A DNA stretch of 32,000 nt from Cupriavidus necator (GTDB taxonomy: Bacteria > Pseudomonadota > Gammaproteobacteria > Burkholderiales > Burkholderiaceae): positions 480,001 through 512,000 of the forward strand of contig NZ_CP066019.1 of NCBI RefSeq assembly GCF_016127575.1, given 5' to 3'. The stretch's first letter is position 1; every line of letters starts with the position of its first letter. Under the pieces are notes generated by a model that did not search any database, was not told where the DNA came from, and saw only the letters and a list, made by a program, of their open reading frames with translations. This document shows positions 1 through 9,491 of the stretch, piece after piece. A program made the position numbers and the translations under genes.

Positions 1-56
1 CTGTCGAGCACCTGCATGAAGTAACGCACGCGCCGCGTGTCCAGTTTGTCGTCCAT
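1..56 (-). CDS. LysR-type transcriptional regulator, N-terminal fragment (gene continues past the left edge)
   Basis: The reverse complement of 1-56 reads ATG GAC GAC AAA CTG GAC ACG CGG CGC GTG CGT TAC TTC ATG CAG GTG CTC GAC, giving MDDKLDTRRVRYFMQVLD. This resembles the usual LysR HTH opening (L..LRYF..V). It is divergent from the operon starting at 244, with a T-N11-A palindrome between them. Only 18 codons are visible. Confidence 0.4.
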   Translation of the reverse strand, partial: MDDKLDTRRVRYFMQVLD

Positions 57-83
57 CGAAAGCACGTGTCACTCCGGTTGAGC

Positions 84-100
84 GTTGCATTGAATGCAAC
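84..100. promoter_or_regulatory. Perfect palindrome gttgcat-tga-atgcaac containing a T-N11-A core (candidate LysR binding site)
   Basis: I read 7-bp arms and a 3-nt spacer directly. The inner tgcattgaatgca is T-N11-A. It sits in the divergent intergenic region between the LysR fragment and the 244 CDS. Confidence 0.4.
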
Positions 101-243
101 AAGTTTCCCATATCACGATCATTGATGAAACGCTCAGGCGCCGGAATACTAGCCCGATCCTTCGGTAAGCGGTCAAGATCGAACCGGAATGCCGAAGAGA
201 GCACGTTTGTGCGACATAAGCAGCCTTCCCGCGGAGACACCCG

Positions 244-1587
244 ATGACCAACCCCATTGCCCAGCCGGCGCTTGCGTCCGCTTCCCCGATTGCCGCCGTC
301 ACCGGCAGTGGCAAGGTACGACTGGCCGTTGTCACGCTGGTCGTGGTGGCGATTGCCGAAACCATTGGCGCGGTGCAGTTCAAGCTGGGGCCCGGCAAGG
401 TCGTGCTGATGCCGATGCTGTGGGCGCTGCTGATGGCCGCGGCGTGGGGCATCGCGGCCCGGAACGTGCCGCGCGCGGTGCGCATCGACGCGCCGCTGCA
501 ATCGCTTGCCACCGGGCTGCTCAATGCCGGGCTGCTGCTGTTCGTGGTGAAGCTCGGCCTGACCGTGGGCGGCGCGCTGCCGCAGCTCAAGGGCGCAGGC
601 TGGGCGCTGTTGTTCCAGGAGTTCGGGCACGCGCTCGGGACACTGGCGCTGGGCCTGCCGCTGGCCTTGCTGCTAGGCATCAAGCGCGAGGCCGTCGGCG
701 CGACCTTCTCGGTTGGGCGCGAGGGCAATATCGTCATCATCGGCGAGAAATACGGCATGGCGTCGCCGGAAGGCCGCGGCGTGCTGGCCGAGTACATCAC
801 CGGCACCGTGCTGGGCGCGCTCTTCATCGCGGTGCTGTCGGGGTTTGTCAGCAGCCTGGGCATCTTCGATCCGCGTTCGCTGGCCATGGGTGCCGGCGTG
901 GGCTCGGGCAGCCTGATGGCGGCGGCCGTCGGCGCCATCGTCGCGCAGCACCCCGGGCAGGCTTCCGAGATCATGGCGATTGCCGCGGCGTCGAACCTGC
1001 TGACCTCGGTGGCCGGCTTCTACTTCACGCTGTTCCTGTCGCTGCCGCTGTGCTCATGGCTGTACGGCAAGCTGGAGCCGGTACTGGGCCGCTTCTCGCG
1101 CCGTGACGCCATGCGCGAGGTGCAGGGCGTCAAGCTCGATGGCGCGCTGGCGCACGGCACCTCGGCGCGGGATGCCGCCCTGGGCTGGTTCCTGGTTGGT
1201 GCCGGCGTGCTGATCGGCAACAAGCTGTCATACAACGTGCCGCTGTCGGTATCGCTCAAGGGCATCCTGGTAGCCATTGCCATCGTGGTGGCCTGCGACA
1301 TGCTCAAGCGCGTGTTCCCGCGCGTGCCGCTGCTGCTGACGATGTCGGTGGCGGTCACGCTGATCGGCGTGCCGGGGATGTTCCCGTTCTCCGATGCCGT
1401 CATCGCCATGACGGAAAAACTCAACTTCATGACCTTCACCACGCCGGTGCTGGCGCTGGCGGGCTTCTCGGTGGCCAAGGACCTGCCGGTGTTCCGGCTG
1501 CTCGGCTGGCGCATCGTGGTGGTGTCGCTGACGGCCACGGCCGGCACCTTCCTCGGCGCCACGCTGATTGCCGAGTTCTTCCACTGA
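244..1587 (+). CDS. Polytopic inner-membrane protein, DUF3100-like (putative transporter partner of the downstream amidohydrolase)
   Basis: 447-aa ORF that is hydrophobic throughout, with a ggaga RBS before the ATG. The segment LGIKREAVGATFSVGREGNIVIIGEKYGMASPEGRGVLAEYITGTV resembles the conserved DUF3100 core as I recall it. The family name is unverified. DUF3100 genes often pair with M20 amidohydrolases. Confidence 0.8.
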   Translation: MTNPIAQPALASASPIAAVTGSGKVRLAVVTLVVVAIAETIGAVQFKLGPGKVVLMPMLWALLMAAAWGIAARNVPRAVRIDAPLQSLATGLLNAGLLLFVVKLGLTVGGALPQLKGAGWALLFQEFGHALGTLALGLPLALLLGIKREAVGATFSVGREGNIVIIGEKYGMASPEGRGVLAEYITGTVLGALFIAVLSGFVSSLGIFDPRSLAMGAGVGSGSLMAAAVGAIVAQHPGQASEIMAIAAASNLLTSVAGFYFTLFLSLPLCSWLYGKLEPVLGRFSRRDAMREVQGVKLDGALAHGTSARDAALGWFLVGAGVLIGNKLSYNVPLSVSLKGILVAIAIVVACDMLKRVFPRVPLLLTMSVAVTLIGVPGMFPFSDAVIAMTEKLNFMTFTTPVLALAGFSVAKDLPVFRLLGWRIVVVSLTATAGTFLGATLIAEFFH

Positions 1588-1612
1588 ATCCCACCCGTAG
1601 CAGAGATTACCC

Positions 1613-2785
1613 ATGTACCGCGACCCCGATATTGCCGACGACATCCGCCAGGACATGCTGGCCTGGCGCCGCGACATCCACGCTGTTCCGGAAACCGCAT
1701 TCGAAGAACACCGCACCGCTGGCATCGTGGCGCAGGCGCTGGGTTTGATGGACATCGAAGTGCAGCGGGGACTGGCGACGACGGGCGTGGTCGGCACGCT
1801 GCGCAACGGCGACGGCCCCAGCATCGCGCTGCGCGCGGACCTGGATGCGCTGAACATGCAGGAGCTGGGCAAGGCCGCCCACGCTTCCACCTGCGCGGGC
1901 AAGATGCACGCCTGTGGCCACGACGGCCATACCGCCATGCTGCTGGGTGCGGCCGCGCACCTGTCGCGCAACCGCGATGCCTTCCGCGGCACGGTGCATT
2001 TCGTGTTCCAGCCCGCCGAAGAGAATGAAGGCGGCGGCCGCGTGATGGTGGAAGAGGGCCTGTTCGACCAGTTCCCGGCCGATGCCGTCTATGGCATGCA
2101 CAACTTCCCCCAGTTGCCACGCGGCAAGTTCGCCATCCGCGCCGGCACCATGACCGCGTTCCTGGACAACTTCGAGATCGTCATCACCGGCAAGGGCGCG
2201 CATGGCGCCCAGCCGCACCACGGCATCGATTCCGTGGTCGTGTCCGCGCACCTGATCACCGCGCTGCAGACCATTGCCAGCCGCCGCACCGATCCCACCG
2301 ATTCGGTCGTGGTCAGCATCACGCAGATCCACGGCGGCGATACCTGGAACGTGCTGCCTGAGTCGGTGGTGCTGCGCGGCACCATCCGCACGCTGAACCC
2401 CGCCGTGCGGGATCGCACGCAGACGGCGATGCGGCAGATCTGCGAGGGCGTGGGCACGACCCACGAGGCGCGGATCGCGATTGACTACCGCCCCGGCTAC
2501 CCCGGCGTGGTCAACACCCCCGCCGAGACCGACGCCGCCATTGCCGCCGCCGCGCAACTGGTGGGCGCCGACAACGTGAAGACCGATATCAAGCCGGCAA
2601 TGGGATCGGAGGACTTCGCCTTCATGCTGGAAAAGCGCCCCGGCGCTTATATCGGCATCGGCGCCGGCGAGAGCGCGGAAGACCCGCCCCTGCACAATCC
2701 CTACTATGACTTCAACGACAGGATCCTGCCGCTGGGCGCGGCGTATTGGGTGGCGCTGGTCGCGCAGCAATTGCCGGCCAGATGA
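1613..2785 (+). CDS. M20D-family amidohydrolase (hippurate hydrolase / N-acyl-L-amino acid amidohydrolase-like)
   Basis: 390 aa with the motifs HACGHDGH, FQPAEE, ITGKGAHGAQPH and GSEDFAF, which are typical of the HipO/AmaA/IAA-amino-acid hydrolase group. Confidence 0.93.
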   Translation: MYRDPDIADDIRQDMLAWRRDIHAVPETAFEEHRTAGIVAQALGLMDIEVQRGLATTGVVGTLRNGDGPSIALRADLDALNMQELGKAAHASTCAGKMHACGHDGHTAMLLGAAAHLSRNRDAFRGTVHFVFQPAEENEGGGRVMVEEGLFDQFPADAVYGMHNFPQLPRGKFAIRAGTMTAFLDNFEIVITGKGAHGAQPHHGIDSVVVSAHLITALQTIASRRTDPTDSVVVSITQIHGGDTWNVLPESVVLRGTIRTLNPAVRDRTQTAMRQICEGVGTTHEARIAIDYRPGYPGVVNTPAETDAAIAAAAQLVGADNVKTDIKPAMGSEDFAFMLEKRPGAYIGIGAGESAEDPPLHNPYYDFNDRILPLGAAYWVALVAQQLPAR

Positions 2786-2795
2786 TCCGCGCCCG

Positions 2796-3377
2796 TCAGG
2801 ACCTGCGGGCTGCTTGCGCGAACACGTTCAGGAAGCCCAGCGCGGGCTGCGCGCCGGTGTGCGCTTCGATGGCGGCAGCCAGCACCGGCGCCGGCAGCCA
2901 GGGATAGGGCAGCGCCGCCTGCAGGGCCGCCAGCGTGACCGCGCCGGGATCGGCGATCGTGTCCATCCGTTCGATATGGATATGCAGGCTGGCGATACGG
3001 TACGTGCCGTCATCGCCGGCGGCAAAGCCCCAGCGGTAATGGCCCTTGCCGACGCGCAAGGCGCTGGCCGCGGTTTCCCGCATCACCACCAGCCAGGGGA
3101 TCGTCATGGCGTTGCCGTCCAGCGCGGCCGCAACGTCGCCGATGTAGTAGGTCCGGCAGCGGTCGAACGTCTTCGCAAACTCGCTGACCAGCGTCGAGGC
3201 AATGGCATCCGCGCCTTCGGCCTTGGGCGGAAAGCTGATGGAGTCGGTATCGATCGAGAAGGTCAGCGACGCATCCGGAGCAAAGGCTTCGTGGATCAGC
3301 GCCGGGCGGTTGTTGTCCTTGGCCTCGACGTATTGGGCCAGCCGGGCTTTGGCGGTGGCGAGCGGGATTGTGTTCAT
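2796..3377 (-). CDS. Hypothetical protein, 193 aa (fold unassigned)
   Basis: This is the C-terminal part of the 2796..4082 ORF. The internal ATG at 3377 begins MNTIPLATAKARLAQYVEAK. Sequence upstream of it is Arg/Gln-rich shadow sequence antisense to the MarR gene. It is divergent from the MarR gene. Confidence 0.65.
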   Translation of the reverse strand: MNTIPLATAKARLAQYVEAKDNNRPALIHEAFAPDASLTFSIDTDSISFPPKAEGADAIASTLVSEFAKTFDRCRTYYIGDVAAALDGNAMTIPWLVVMRETAASALRVGKGHYRWGFAAGDDGTYRIASLHIHIERMDTIADPGAVTLAALQAALPYPWLPAPVLAAAIEAHTGAQPALGFLNVFAQAARRS

Positions 3378-3470
3378 GCTGGACTCGGGGGTATGGGTTG
3401 AAAGGCGGGGCGGCCAGGGTGTTGCGGCGAGTTTGTTAGAATTTGGCACAAAGCTTGTATCAAAAGCTAA

Positions 3471-4028
3471 GTGGACATACCGCCGATGGCAACGACTCCT
3501 GCAAATAAGAACCTGACCGTAACGCATCCGGCGTGCCTGGTCGACGGCTCGGACCGTGAATTCCGGCACCTGGTGAATGGCCTGCTGCCGTTTGCCGCGC
3601 GCCTGCTGTCCGTGCGCGACGGCTTTGGCAGCCTGATCGGCCTGACGGGGGTCCAGTACTCGCTGATCCGCTCGATCCTGCACCTGTCGCAGCAAGGCGA
3701 GGTGACGGTCAACCAGCTCGCCGACCATCTGCACCTGAGCGGCCCGTTCATCACCATCGAGACCGGCAAGCTCAAGAAGCTGGGGCTGATCGACAAGAAG
3801 GCCCATCCCGAAGACAAGCGCAAGATGCGTCTGACCATCACCGCCGCCGGGACGCGTCTGCTCAATGAACTGCTGCCGGTGCAGCAGCAGATCAACGACG
3901 TATTGTTCGACGGCGTTTCCCGCACCGAATTCAAGGTGCTGTGTTCGGTGGTCGACCGGCTGGTCGCCAACGGCGATCGCGCCGCGCTGGATCTCGAACA
4001 CCTGCAGGCGCGCCGGCAGAAAGGCTAG
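3471..4028 (+). CDS. MarR-family transcriptional regulator
   Basis: 185 aa. A winged-helix signature is present: [70 protein letters not shown]. The start is GTG at 3471, with an alternative ATG at 3486. No clear SD precedes either. Confidence 0.85.
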   Translation: MDIPPMATTPANKNLTVTHPACLVDGSDREFRHLVNGLLPFAARLLSVRDGFGSLIGLTGVQYSLIRSILHLSQQGEVTVNQLADHLHLSGPFITIETGKLKKLGLIDKKAHPEDKRKMRLTITAAGTRLLNELLPVQQQINDVLFDGVSRTEFKVLCSVVDRLVANGDRAALDLEHLQARRQKG

Positions 4029-5257
4029 TGCGCGGCCCACTGCACCGTGCCGACATCGATGCCCTCCTGGTGCATCTCCCATAGCGGGCTCAGTTCACGC
4101 AGGCGGGTAACGGTCTCGCTGACCTGCCGGATGACCTCGTCCACCTCTGCCTCGGTGGTGTAGCGCCCAAGCGTAAAGCGGATCGAGCTATGTGCCAGCT
4201 CGTCGCTGCGGCCCAGCGCCCGCAGCACGAACGAGGGCTCCAGTGAAGCCGAGGTGCAGGCCGAGCCCGACGACACCGCCACGTCCTTGATGCCCATGAT
4301 CAGCGATTCGCCTTCGACATAGTTGAAGCTGATGTTCAGGTTGTGCGGGATACGGTGCGCCAGGCTGCCGTTGACGTAGACCTCGTCCAGCCGCGACAGC
4401 CCCGCCAGCAACCGGTCGCGCAACGCGCCCACGCGGCGCGCTTCCTCCGCAAGTTCCAGCTTTGCCAGCCTGAAGGCTTCGCCCATGCCCACGATCTGGT
4501 GCGTTGGCAGGGTGCCTGAGCGCATGCCGCGCTCATGCCCGCCGCCGTGGATCTGCGCCTCGATGCGGATGCGCGGCTTGCGCCGCACGTAGAGCGCGCC
4601 GATGCCTTTCGGGCCATAGACCTTGTGCGCCGTCACGGTGAGCAGGTCGATCTTCAGGGTATCCAGGTCGATGGCGATCTTGCCGGCGGCCTGCACCGCA
4701 TCGCAATGGAACACCACCCCCGTCGCGCGGCATAGCTCGCCGATCTGCGCAACTGGCTGGATCACGCCGATCTCATTGTTGACCATCATCACCGAAACCA
4801 GGATGGTGTCCGGCCGCATGGCCGCGCGCAGCGCGTCAAGGTCGACCAGGCCGTCGGTGCCGACGTCGAGATAGGTCACCTCAAAGCCCTGCCGCTCCAG
4901 TTCGCGGCAGGTATCGAGCACCGCCTTGTGCTCGGTCTTGACCGTGATGATGTGGTTGCCCTTGCCGCGATAGAAATGCGCCGCGCCCTTGATCGCCAGG
5001 TTGTTGCCCTCGGTCGCGCCGGAGGTCCAGATGATCTCGCGCGGGTCCGCATTCAGCAGCGCCGCCACATGCGCGCGTGCGGTCTCGACCGCCTCTTCCG
5101 CCTGCCAGCCGTAGTAGTGGCTGCGCGATGCGGGGTTGCCGAACTGCTGGTGCAGGTAGGGAACCATCTTCTCGACGACCCGGGTGTCGACCGGTGTCGT
5201 CGCGCTGTAGTCCATGTAGATCGGAAGGGTGTTCGGCTCGGATTGCATGGCGCTCAT
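4025..5257 (-). CDS. iscS: Cysteine desulfurase, IscS family (PLP-dependent), stand-alone paralog
   Basis: 410 aa, collinear with E. coli IscS as I recall it. It has the PLP-lysine region [43 protein letters not shown], the active-site loop [21 protein letters not shown] and the C-terminus LSPLWEM. No iscR, iscU, iscA, hscBA or fdx genes are adjacent. Confidence 0.93.
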   Translation of the reverse strand: MSAMQSEPNTLPIYMDYSATTPVDTRVVEKMVPYLHQQFGNPASRSHYYGWQAEEAVETARAHVAALLNADPREIIWTSGATEGNNLAIKGAAHFYRGKGNHIITVKTEHKAVLDTCRELERQGFEVTYLDVGTDGLVDLDALRAAMRPDTILVSVMMVNNEIGVIQPVAQIGELCRATGVVFHCDAVQAAGKIAIDLDTLKIDLLTVTAHKVYGPKGIGALYVRRKPRIRIEAQIHGGGHERGMRSGTLPTHQIVGMGEAFRLAKLELAEEARRVGALRDRLLAGLSRLDEVYVNGSLAHRIPHNLNISFNYVEGESLIMGIKDVAVSSGSACTSASLEPSFVLRALGRSDELAHSSIRFTLGRYTTEAEVDEVIRQVSETVTRLRELSPLWEMHQEGIDVGTVQWAAH

Positions 5258-5519
5258 TCCTGGAGGCGGATGTGGGGACGACCGTGGGCAAAGCGTACCC
5301 GCTGGTCAAGGAAAGTGGGGCCGAGTCTAGCACCGGGTAGCGGCCGTTCGCGGCAGCGCCATGCTGCCGGTAGGGTTGCTTGACGCGCGGACAGCTGCAG
5401 TTCAGGCCGCGTGGCGCCACCTGTCCGCTAGCCGGAAAAACTTGTCCAGCAACGGTTTCCGGATTTCATTGAGTCGCCTCGGGAGCTGTCCGGCTCCGCA
5501 CTCTAGGGTTTCCACCAAC

Positions 5520-5547
5520 TTGAATGCCGTTGTTTTATAGCATTCAA
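5520..5547. promoter_or_regulatory. Inverted repeat ttgaatgc-N12-gcattcaa at the head of an AT-rich promoter region (candidate operator)
   Basis: The 8-bp arms were read directly. The next ~50 nt (aaaacctaagttacaaaggtaaataaacaaaataacagg) are strikingly AT-rich for this genome. They lie just upstream of the 5618 operon and divergent from iscS. Confidence 0.35.
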
Positions 5548-5617
5548 TAAAACCTAAGTTACAAAGGTAAATAAACAAAATAACAGGTTTGGTGACAACA
5601 CTTGCGTAGGAGTCGTG

Positions 5618-6151
5618 ATGGCTGAGTCATCTGTCGGTCAGGGCGTCAATGTGGACGCCGAGGCGCAGCGCCGCTTCAGAAATGCGTTGGCGATGTTTGC
5701 AACAGGCGTCGCCGTGATTACCGCGCCGCGCGAAGAAGGGCTGCCGGTCGGCATCACGGTGGCGTCGTTCAACTCGGTATCGCTGGATCCGCCGCTGGTG
5801 CTGTTCTCGGTGGACCGCCGCTGCCTGAGCCTTGGCGACCTGCGCAGCGCGCGGCGCTATGCCGTCAACGTGCTGGGCGAGGCGCAGCAGGATATCTCGA
5901 ACCGCTTCGCCAGGGCCAATTCCGGCAAGTGGGAAGGCATCGGTTTCAGCAAGCGCAACGAGGACAGCCACGTGCTGCTGCCGGACGCGCTGGCCACCTT
6001 CGAGTGCGAGCCCTATGCCATGCACGACGGCGGCGACCACGTGATCTTTATCGGGCGGGTGGTCCGTCACCAGGCCCGCCAGGACGGCCGGCCACTCATC
6101 TTCTTTGGCGGCAAGTACCGGGCACTGGAAGACAGCCCGGCCGCCGCCTGA
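5618..6151 (+). CDS. Flavin reductase (HpaC-like, NAD(P)H:flavin oxidoreductase component)
   Basis: Contains FRNALAMFATGVAVITA...GITVASFNSVSLDPPLVLFSV, the flavin_reduct domain pattern. An aggag RBS at 5608-5612 favours ATG 5618 over GTG 5615. Confidence 0.9.
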   Translation: MAESSVGQGVNVDAEAQRRFRNALAMFATGVAVITAPREEGLPVGITVASFNSVSLDPPLVLFSVDRRCLSLGDLRSARRYAVNVLGEAQQDISNRFARANSGKWEGIGFSKRNEDSHVLLPDALATFECEPYAMHDGGDHVIFIGRVVRHQARQDGRPLIFFGGKYRALEDSPAAA

Positions 6152-6187
6152 ATCCACAAGAACAGACAGTCAGCACAGGAGAACGAC

Positions 6188-7672
6188 ATGATCAAGACCG
6201 GTAACCAGCACATCGCCATGCTGCGCGATGGCCGCGAGGTGTACCTGGACGGCAAGCGGGTGACAGATGTCACCAGCCACCCGGCCTTCCGCAATTCGAT
6301 CCGCAGCTACGCCAACCTCTACGACTTCCAGGCGCAGCCGGGCAATATCGACAAGATGACCTTCCAGCCGGCGGGCACCGACCGGCGCGTCAGCCGGATC
6401 TGGGAGCTGCCGGCCAGCTACAACGAACTGGTCGAACGCCGCCAGATGCTGGAAGCCTGGACCGAACTGCACTACGGCTTCATGGGCCGCTCGCCCGACC
6501 ACGTGGCTTCCTGCATCTCGGGCATGTACATGGGCATCGATGTCTTCGAGCAGGCCGATCCGGCACGTGCCGGCGCGCTGCGCGACTACTACCGCTATGC
6601 CCGCGACAACGACCTGTTCCTCACCTATGTGATCGTCAACCCGCAGGCCAACCAGTCCAAGTCCGCGCACGAGCAGGAAGACAAGTACCTGGCGGTGGGC
6701 ATCGTCGACCAGGACGCGGAGGGCATCACCGTGCGCGGCGCCAAGATGCTGGCGACCAGCGGCATCATGGCCAACGAGGTCTTCTGCAGCTGCATCCAGC
6801 CGCTGCGCGAGGGCGACGAGATGTATGCGCTGTCCTTCGCGGTGCCGATGAACACCAAGGGCCTGAAGGTGATGTCGCGCAAGTCGTATGAAGCCAATGC
6901 CACCTCGGTGTTCGACAACCCGCTGGCCAGCCGCTTTGACGAGAACGACGCGGTGCTCTATTTCGACGACGTCAAGGTGCCGTGGGAGCGCATCTTCGTC
7001 GCGGGCGACGTGGGCTTGTGCGCCAGGCAATTCCACGCCACGCCGGCGCACGTCTACCAGAACTACCAGTGCCAGGTGCGGCTGATGGTGAAGCTGCGTT
7101 TCCTGGTGGGCCTGGCGCACCGCATCACCGAGATCAACGGCACCAACAGCTTCCCGCAGGTCAGGGAAATGCTGGGCCAGCTCGCCGCCGAAGCAGGCAT
7201 GGTCGAGGCCTGGGTCTACGGCATGGAGGCCAAGGGCCAGGTCGGCAAGCATGGCTACTTCGTGCCGGACCGCAGCATGCTGTACGGCTCGCAGGTGGTG
7301 ACCCAGCAGCTCTACGGCAAGGTGCTGGCCACGCTGCGCGAGCTGGCCGGCGGCGGCATGATCATGCTGCCGTCGAGCATCGAGGATTTCGCCAATCCGT
7401 CGCTCGCCGGGATCATCGCCAAGACGCAGAAGTCGCCGGTGTGCAGCCCGGAAGAGCGCGTCAAGTTCTTCAAGCTCGCCTGGGACGCGGTCGGCTCCGA
7501 GTTTGCGTCGCGCCACAACCAGTACGAGATGTTCTATGCCGGCGCCACCTTTGTCACCAAGGGGCATGCCTATCGCACCTACGACTGGCAGAACGCATCC
7601 GGCCTGGTCGACAACATGCTCGGCAGCTATTCCCTTGAAAGCGAACTGGCCAAGCTGCCGCAGGCCGCCTGA
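6188..7672 (+). CDS. HpaB-family two-component flavin-dependent monooxygenase, oxygenase component
   Basis: 494 aa. The N-terminus LRDGREVYLDGKRVTDVTSHPAFRNSIRSYANLYD parallels E. coli HpaB [35 protein letters not shown] (recalled from memory). An aggag RBS is present and the gene follows a flavin reductase. Confidence 0.92.
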   Translation: MIKTGNQHIAMLRDGREVYLDGKRVTDVTSHPAFRNSIRSYANLYDFQAQPGNIDKMTFQPAGTDRRVSRIWELPASYNELVERRQMLEAWTELHYGFMGRSPDHVASCISGMYMGIDVFEQADPARAGALRDYYRYARDNDLFLTYVIVNPQANQSKSAHEQEDKYLAVGIVDQDAEGITVRGAKMLATSGIMANEVFCSCIQPLREGDEMYALSFAVPMNTKGLKVMSRKSYEANATSVFDNPLASRFDENDAVLYFDDVKVPWERIFVAGDVGLCARQFHATPAHVYQNYQCQVRLMVKLRFLVGLAHRITEINGTNSFPQVREMLGQLAAEAGMVEAWVYGMEAKGQVGKHGYFVPDRSMLYGSQVVTQQLYGKVLATLRELAGGGMIMLPSSIEDFANPSLAGIIAKTQKSPVCSPEERVKFFKLAWDAVGSEFASRHNQYEMFYAGATFVTKGHAYRTYDWQNASGLVDNMLGSYSLESELAKLPQAA

Positions 7673-7717
7673 CTTTCCGCACCTTTCCCAATTCCCGCAT
7701 CGAACACGGAGATCGAC

Positions 7718-8098
7718 ATGGCAATCACCAAACTTCACGACGAGTTCCACACCCTGGACCTGGAGTCCGGCTGGGAGGTCCCCCACGGCTATCCGTCGGG
7801 TATCCAGCAGAAGATCCTGTCCGGCTCGCTGGACGAGAACGGCCGCAGCGGCAGCCGTACGCGCCTGCTGCGTTTCCAGCCCGGCGTGTTCACCACCTCG
7901 CCCTTCGTGCATGAGTACTGGGAAGAGGTCTACCTGCTCAGCGGCGACCTGACCGTCGGCAACGACGCCAATGGCAAGGGCGGCGAGGCCTTCGTCCCCA
8001 ACACCTACGCCTGCCGCCCGCCCGGCGCCTTCCATGGCCCGTTCAAGTCAGACGGCGGCTGCATGCTGCTGGAGATCCACTACTACGACCCGGCCTGA
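7718..8098 (+). CDS. Cupin-domain protein
   Basis: 126 aa with a ggaga RBS. The segment HEYWEEVYLLSGDL...PPGAFHGPF fits the two cupin motifs. Confidence 0.75.
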   Translation: MAITKLHDEFHTLDLESGWEVPHGYPSGIQQKILSGSLDENGRSGSRTRLLRFQPGVFTTSPFVHEYWEEVYLLSGDLTVGNDANGKGGEAFVPNTYACRPPGAFHGPFKSDGGCMLLEIHYYDPA

Positions 8099-8100
8099 TC

Positions 8101-9444
8101 ATGGAAGCGACTATCGCAACCGCGCAGCGCCAGCTTGCCGCGGGCAGCGCCAACGCGCTGTCCCTGCTGGCGTCATGCGTCGAACGTATCTGCAATCCAG
8201 GCGGCGAGGGCGCGCGCGTATTCCCGCATGGCGTGAGCATGGCGGCGCGCAAGCAGGCCCAGGCCAGCGACATGCTGCGCGAGCAGGGCGTGGCCGGCCC
8301 GCTGGCGGGCGTGCCGGTGTCCGTGAAGGACCTGTTCGACGTGCAGGGCGACGTGACTCGCGCCGGCGCACGTGTGCTGCCGGAGCGTGCGGCCAGTGCC
8401 GACGCGCCGGTCATTGCGCGCTTGCGTGCGGCGGGGGCGGTGTTTGTCGGGCGTACCAATATGACCGAGTTCGCCTACTCGGGCGTCGGCATCAATCCGC
8501 ACTACGGCACGCCACGCAATCCCTACGACCGGCAGGCGGGCCGCATTCCCGGTGGCTCGTCGTCGGGGGCTGCGGTGTCGGTGACCGACGGCATGGCCCT
8601 GGCCGCGATCGGCTCCGACACCGGCGGTTCGTGCCGGATCCCGGCCGCGTTGTGCGGCATCGCCGGCTTCAAGCCCACGGCGCGGCGCGTGCCGCTGCAG
8701 GGCACGGTGCCGTTGTCGCCCAGCTATGACTCGGTGGGCTGCCTGGCCAACACTGTGGCGTGCTGCGCCGCAGTTGATGCCGTGATGGCGGGCGAGGTGC
8801 CGCCCGCGGGGCCGGCGCCGCTGGCAGGGCTGCGCCTGGCGGTGCCCACCGGCCTGGTGCTGGAAGGCATGTCGGACGAGGTGGCCGAGGTCTTCAGCCG
8901 CACGCTGCGCCGGCTGTCCGCGGCGGGCGCGCTGCTGCAGGACGTGAGCTTCGACAGCTGGGACCAGCTGGCCGGCATCGGCGCGAACGGCGGCCTGGTC
9001 GCAGCGGAAGCCAGTGCCTGGCACGGCAGCCTGCTGGCTGAGCAGGCCGATCGATATGACCCGCGCGTGCTGTCGCGCATCCGGCTGGCTGACGGGCAGC
9101 GTGCCGCCGACTACCTGCGCATGCTGCAGCGCCGGGGCGAGCTGTGCCGGCAGGCCGATGCCGAGCTGGCGGGATTCGATGCCGTGGTCCTGCCCACCGT
9201 GCCGGTCGTGGCGCCGCGCATCGCGGACCTGGACGACGACGAAGCCTTCTTCAGCACCAACCGGCTGCTGCTGCGCAACCCGGCCATCGCCAACATGCTC
9301 GACCTGTGCGCGCTGTCGGTCCCGTGCCATCGCCCGGGCGACGCACCGGTGGGGCTGATGCTGTTCGGGCGCCACCTGTCCGACCGCAGGCTGCTGGCCA
9401 TCGGCATGGGCATCGAGGGGGCATTACGGCACGAGCGGGGTTGA
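8101..9444 (+). CDS. Amidase-signature (AS) family amidase
   Basis: 447 aa with GVPVSVKDLFDV (catalytic Lys region) and GGSSSGAAVSV...GSDTGGSCRIPA (AS motif). It starts 2 nt after the cupin stop. Confidence 0.92.
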   Translation: MEATIATAQRQLAAGSANALSLLASCVERICNPGGEGARVFPHGVSMAARKQAQASDMLREQGVAGPLAGVPVSVKDLFDVQGDVTRAGARVLPERAASADAPVIARLRAAGAVFVGRTNMTEFAYSGVGINPHYGTPRNPYDRQAGRIPGGSSSGAAVSVTDGMALAAIGSDTGGSCRIPAALCGIAGFKPTARRVPLQGTVPLSPSYDSVGCLANTVACCAAVDAVMAGEVPPAGPAPLAGLRLAVPTGLVLEGMSDEVAEVFSRTLRRLSAAGALLQDVSFDSWDQLAGIGANGGLVAAEASAWHGSLLAEQADRYDPRVLSRIRLADGQRAADYLRMLQRRGELCRQADAELAGFDAVVLPTVPVVAPRIADLDDDEAFFSTNRLLLRNPAIANMLDLCALSVPCHRPGDAPVGLMLFGRHLSDRRLLAIGMGIEGALRHERG

Positions 9445-9491
9445 GCCCCCGCAGCAGTACAGAAGTACCCATAACTACAGTGGAGACAACA

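Noticed and set aside
3378-3470. Possible MarR operator around the HindIII-like aagctt (cacaaagcttgtatc) in the divergent intergenic region
   Set aside because: Only the central 6 bp are truly palindromic and the flanking arms are out of register.
2796-4082. Long N-terminal extensions in the ORF track (2796..4082, 9144..10718, 11312..12298, 13004/13234.., 17195..18553, 21130..22470, 22413.., 24047..25162, 26800..27753, 27753..28826)
   Set aside because: The extensions overlap upstream genes or a riboswitch, have shadow-like composition and lack RBSs. Internal ATG or GTG starts with SD sequences, signal peptides or N-terminal family motifs were used instead.
6170-8035. 621-aa minus-strand ORF spanning the hpaB-like and cupin genes
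   Set aside because: Its composition is Arg/Ala/Gly/Val/His-rich and low in complexity. It lies antisense to two ORFs with clear family motifs and RBSs. This is a typical high-GC shadow ORF.
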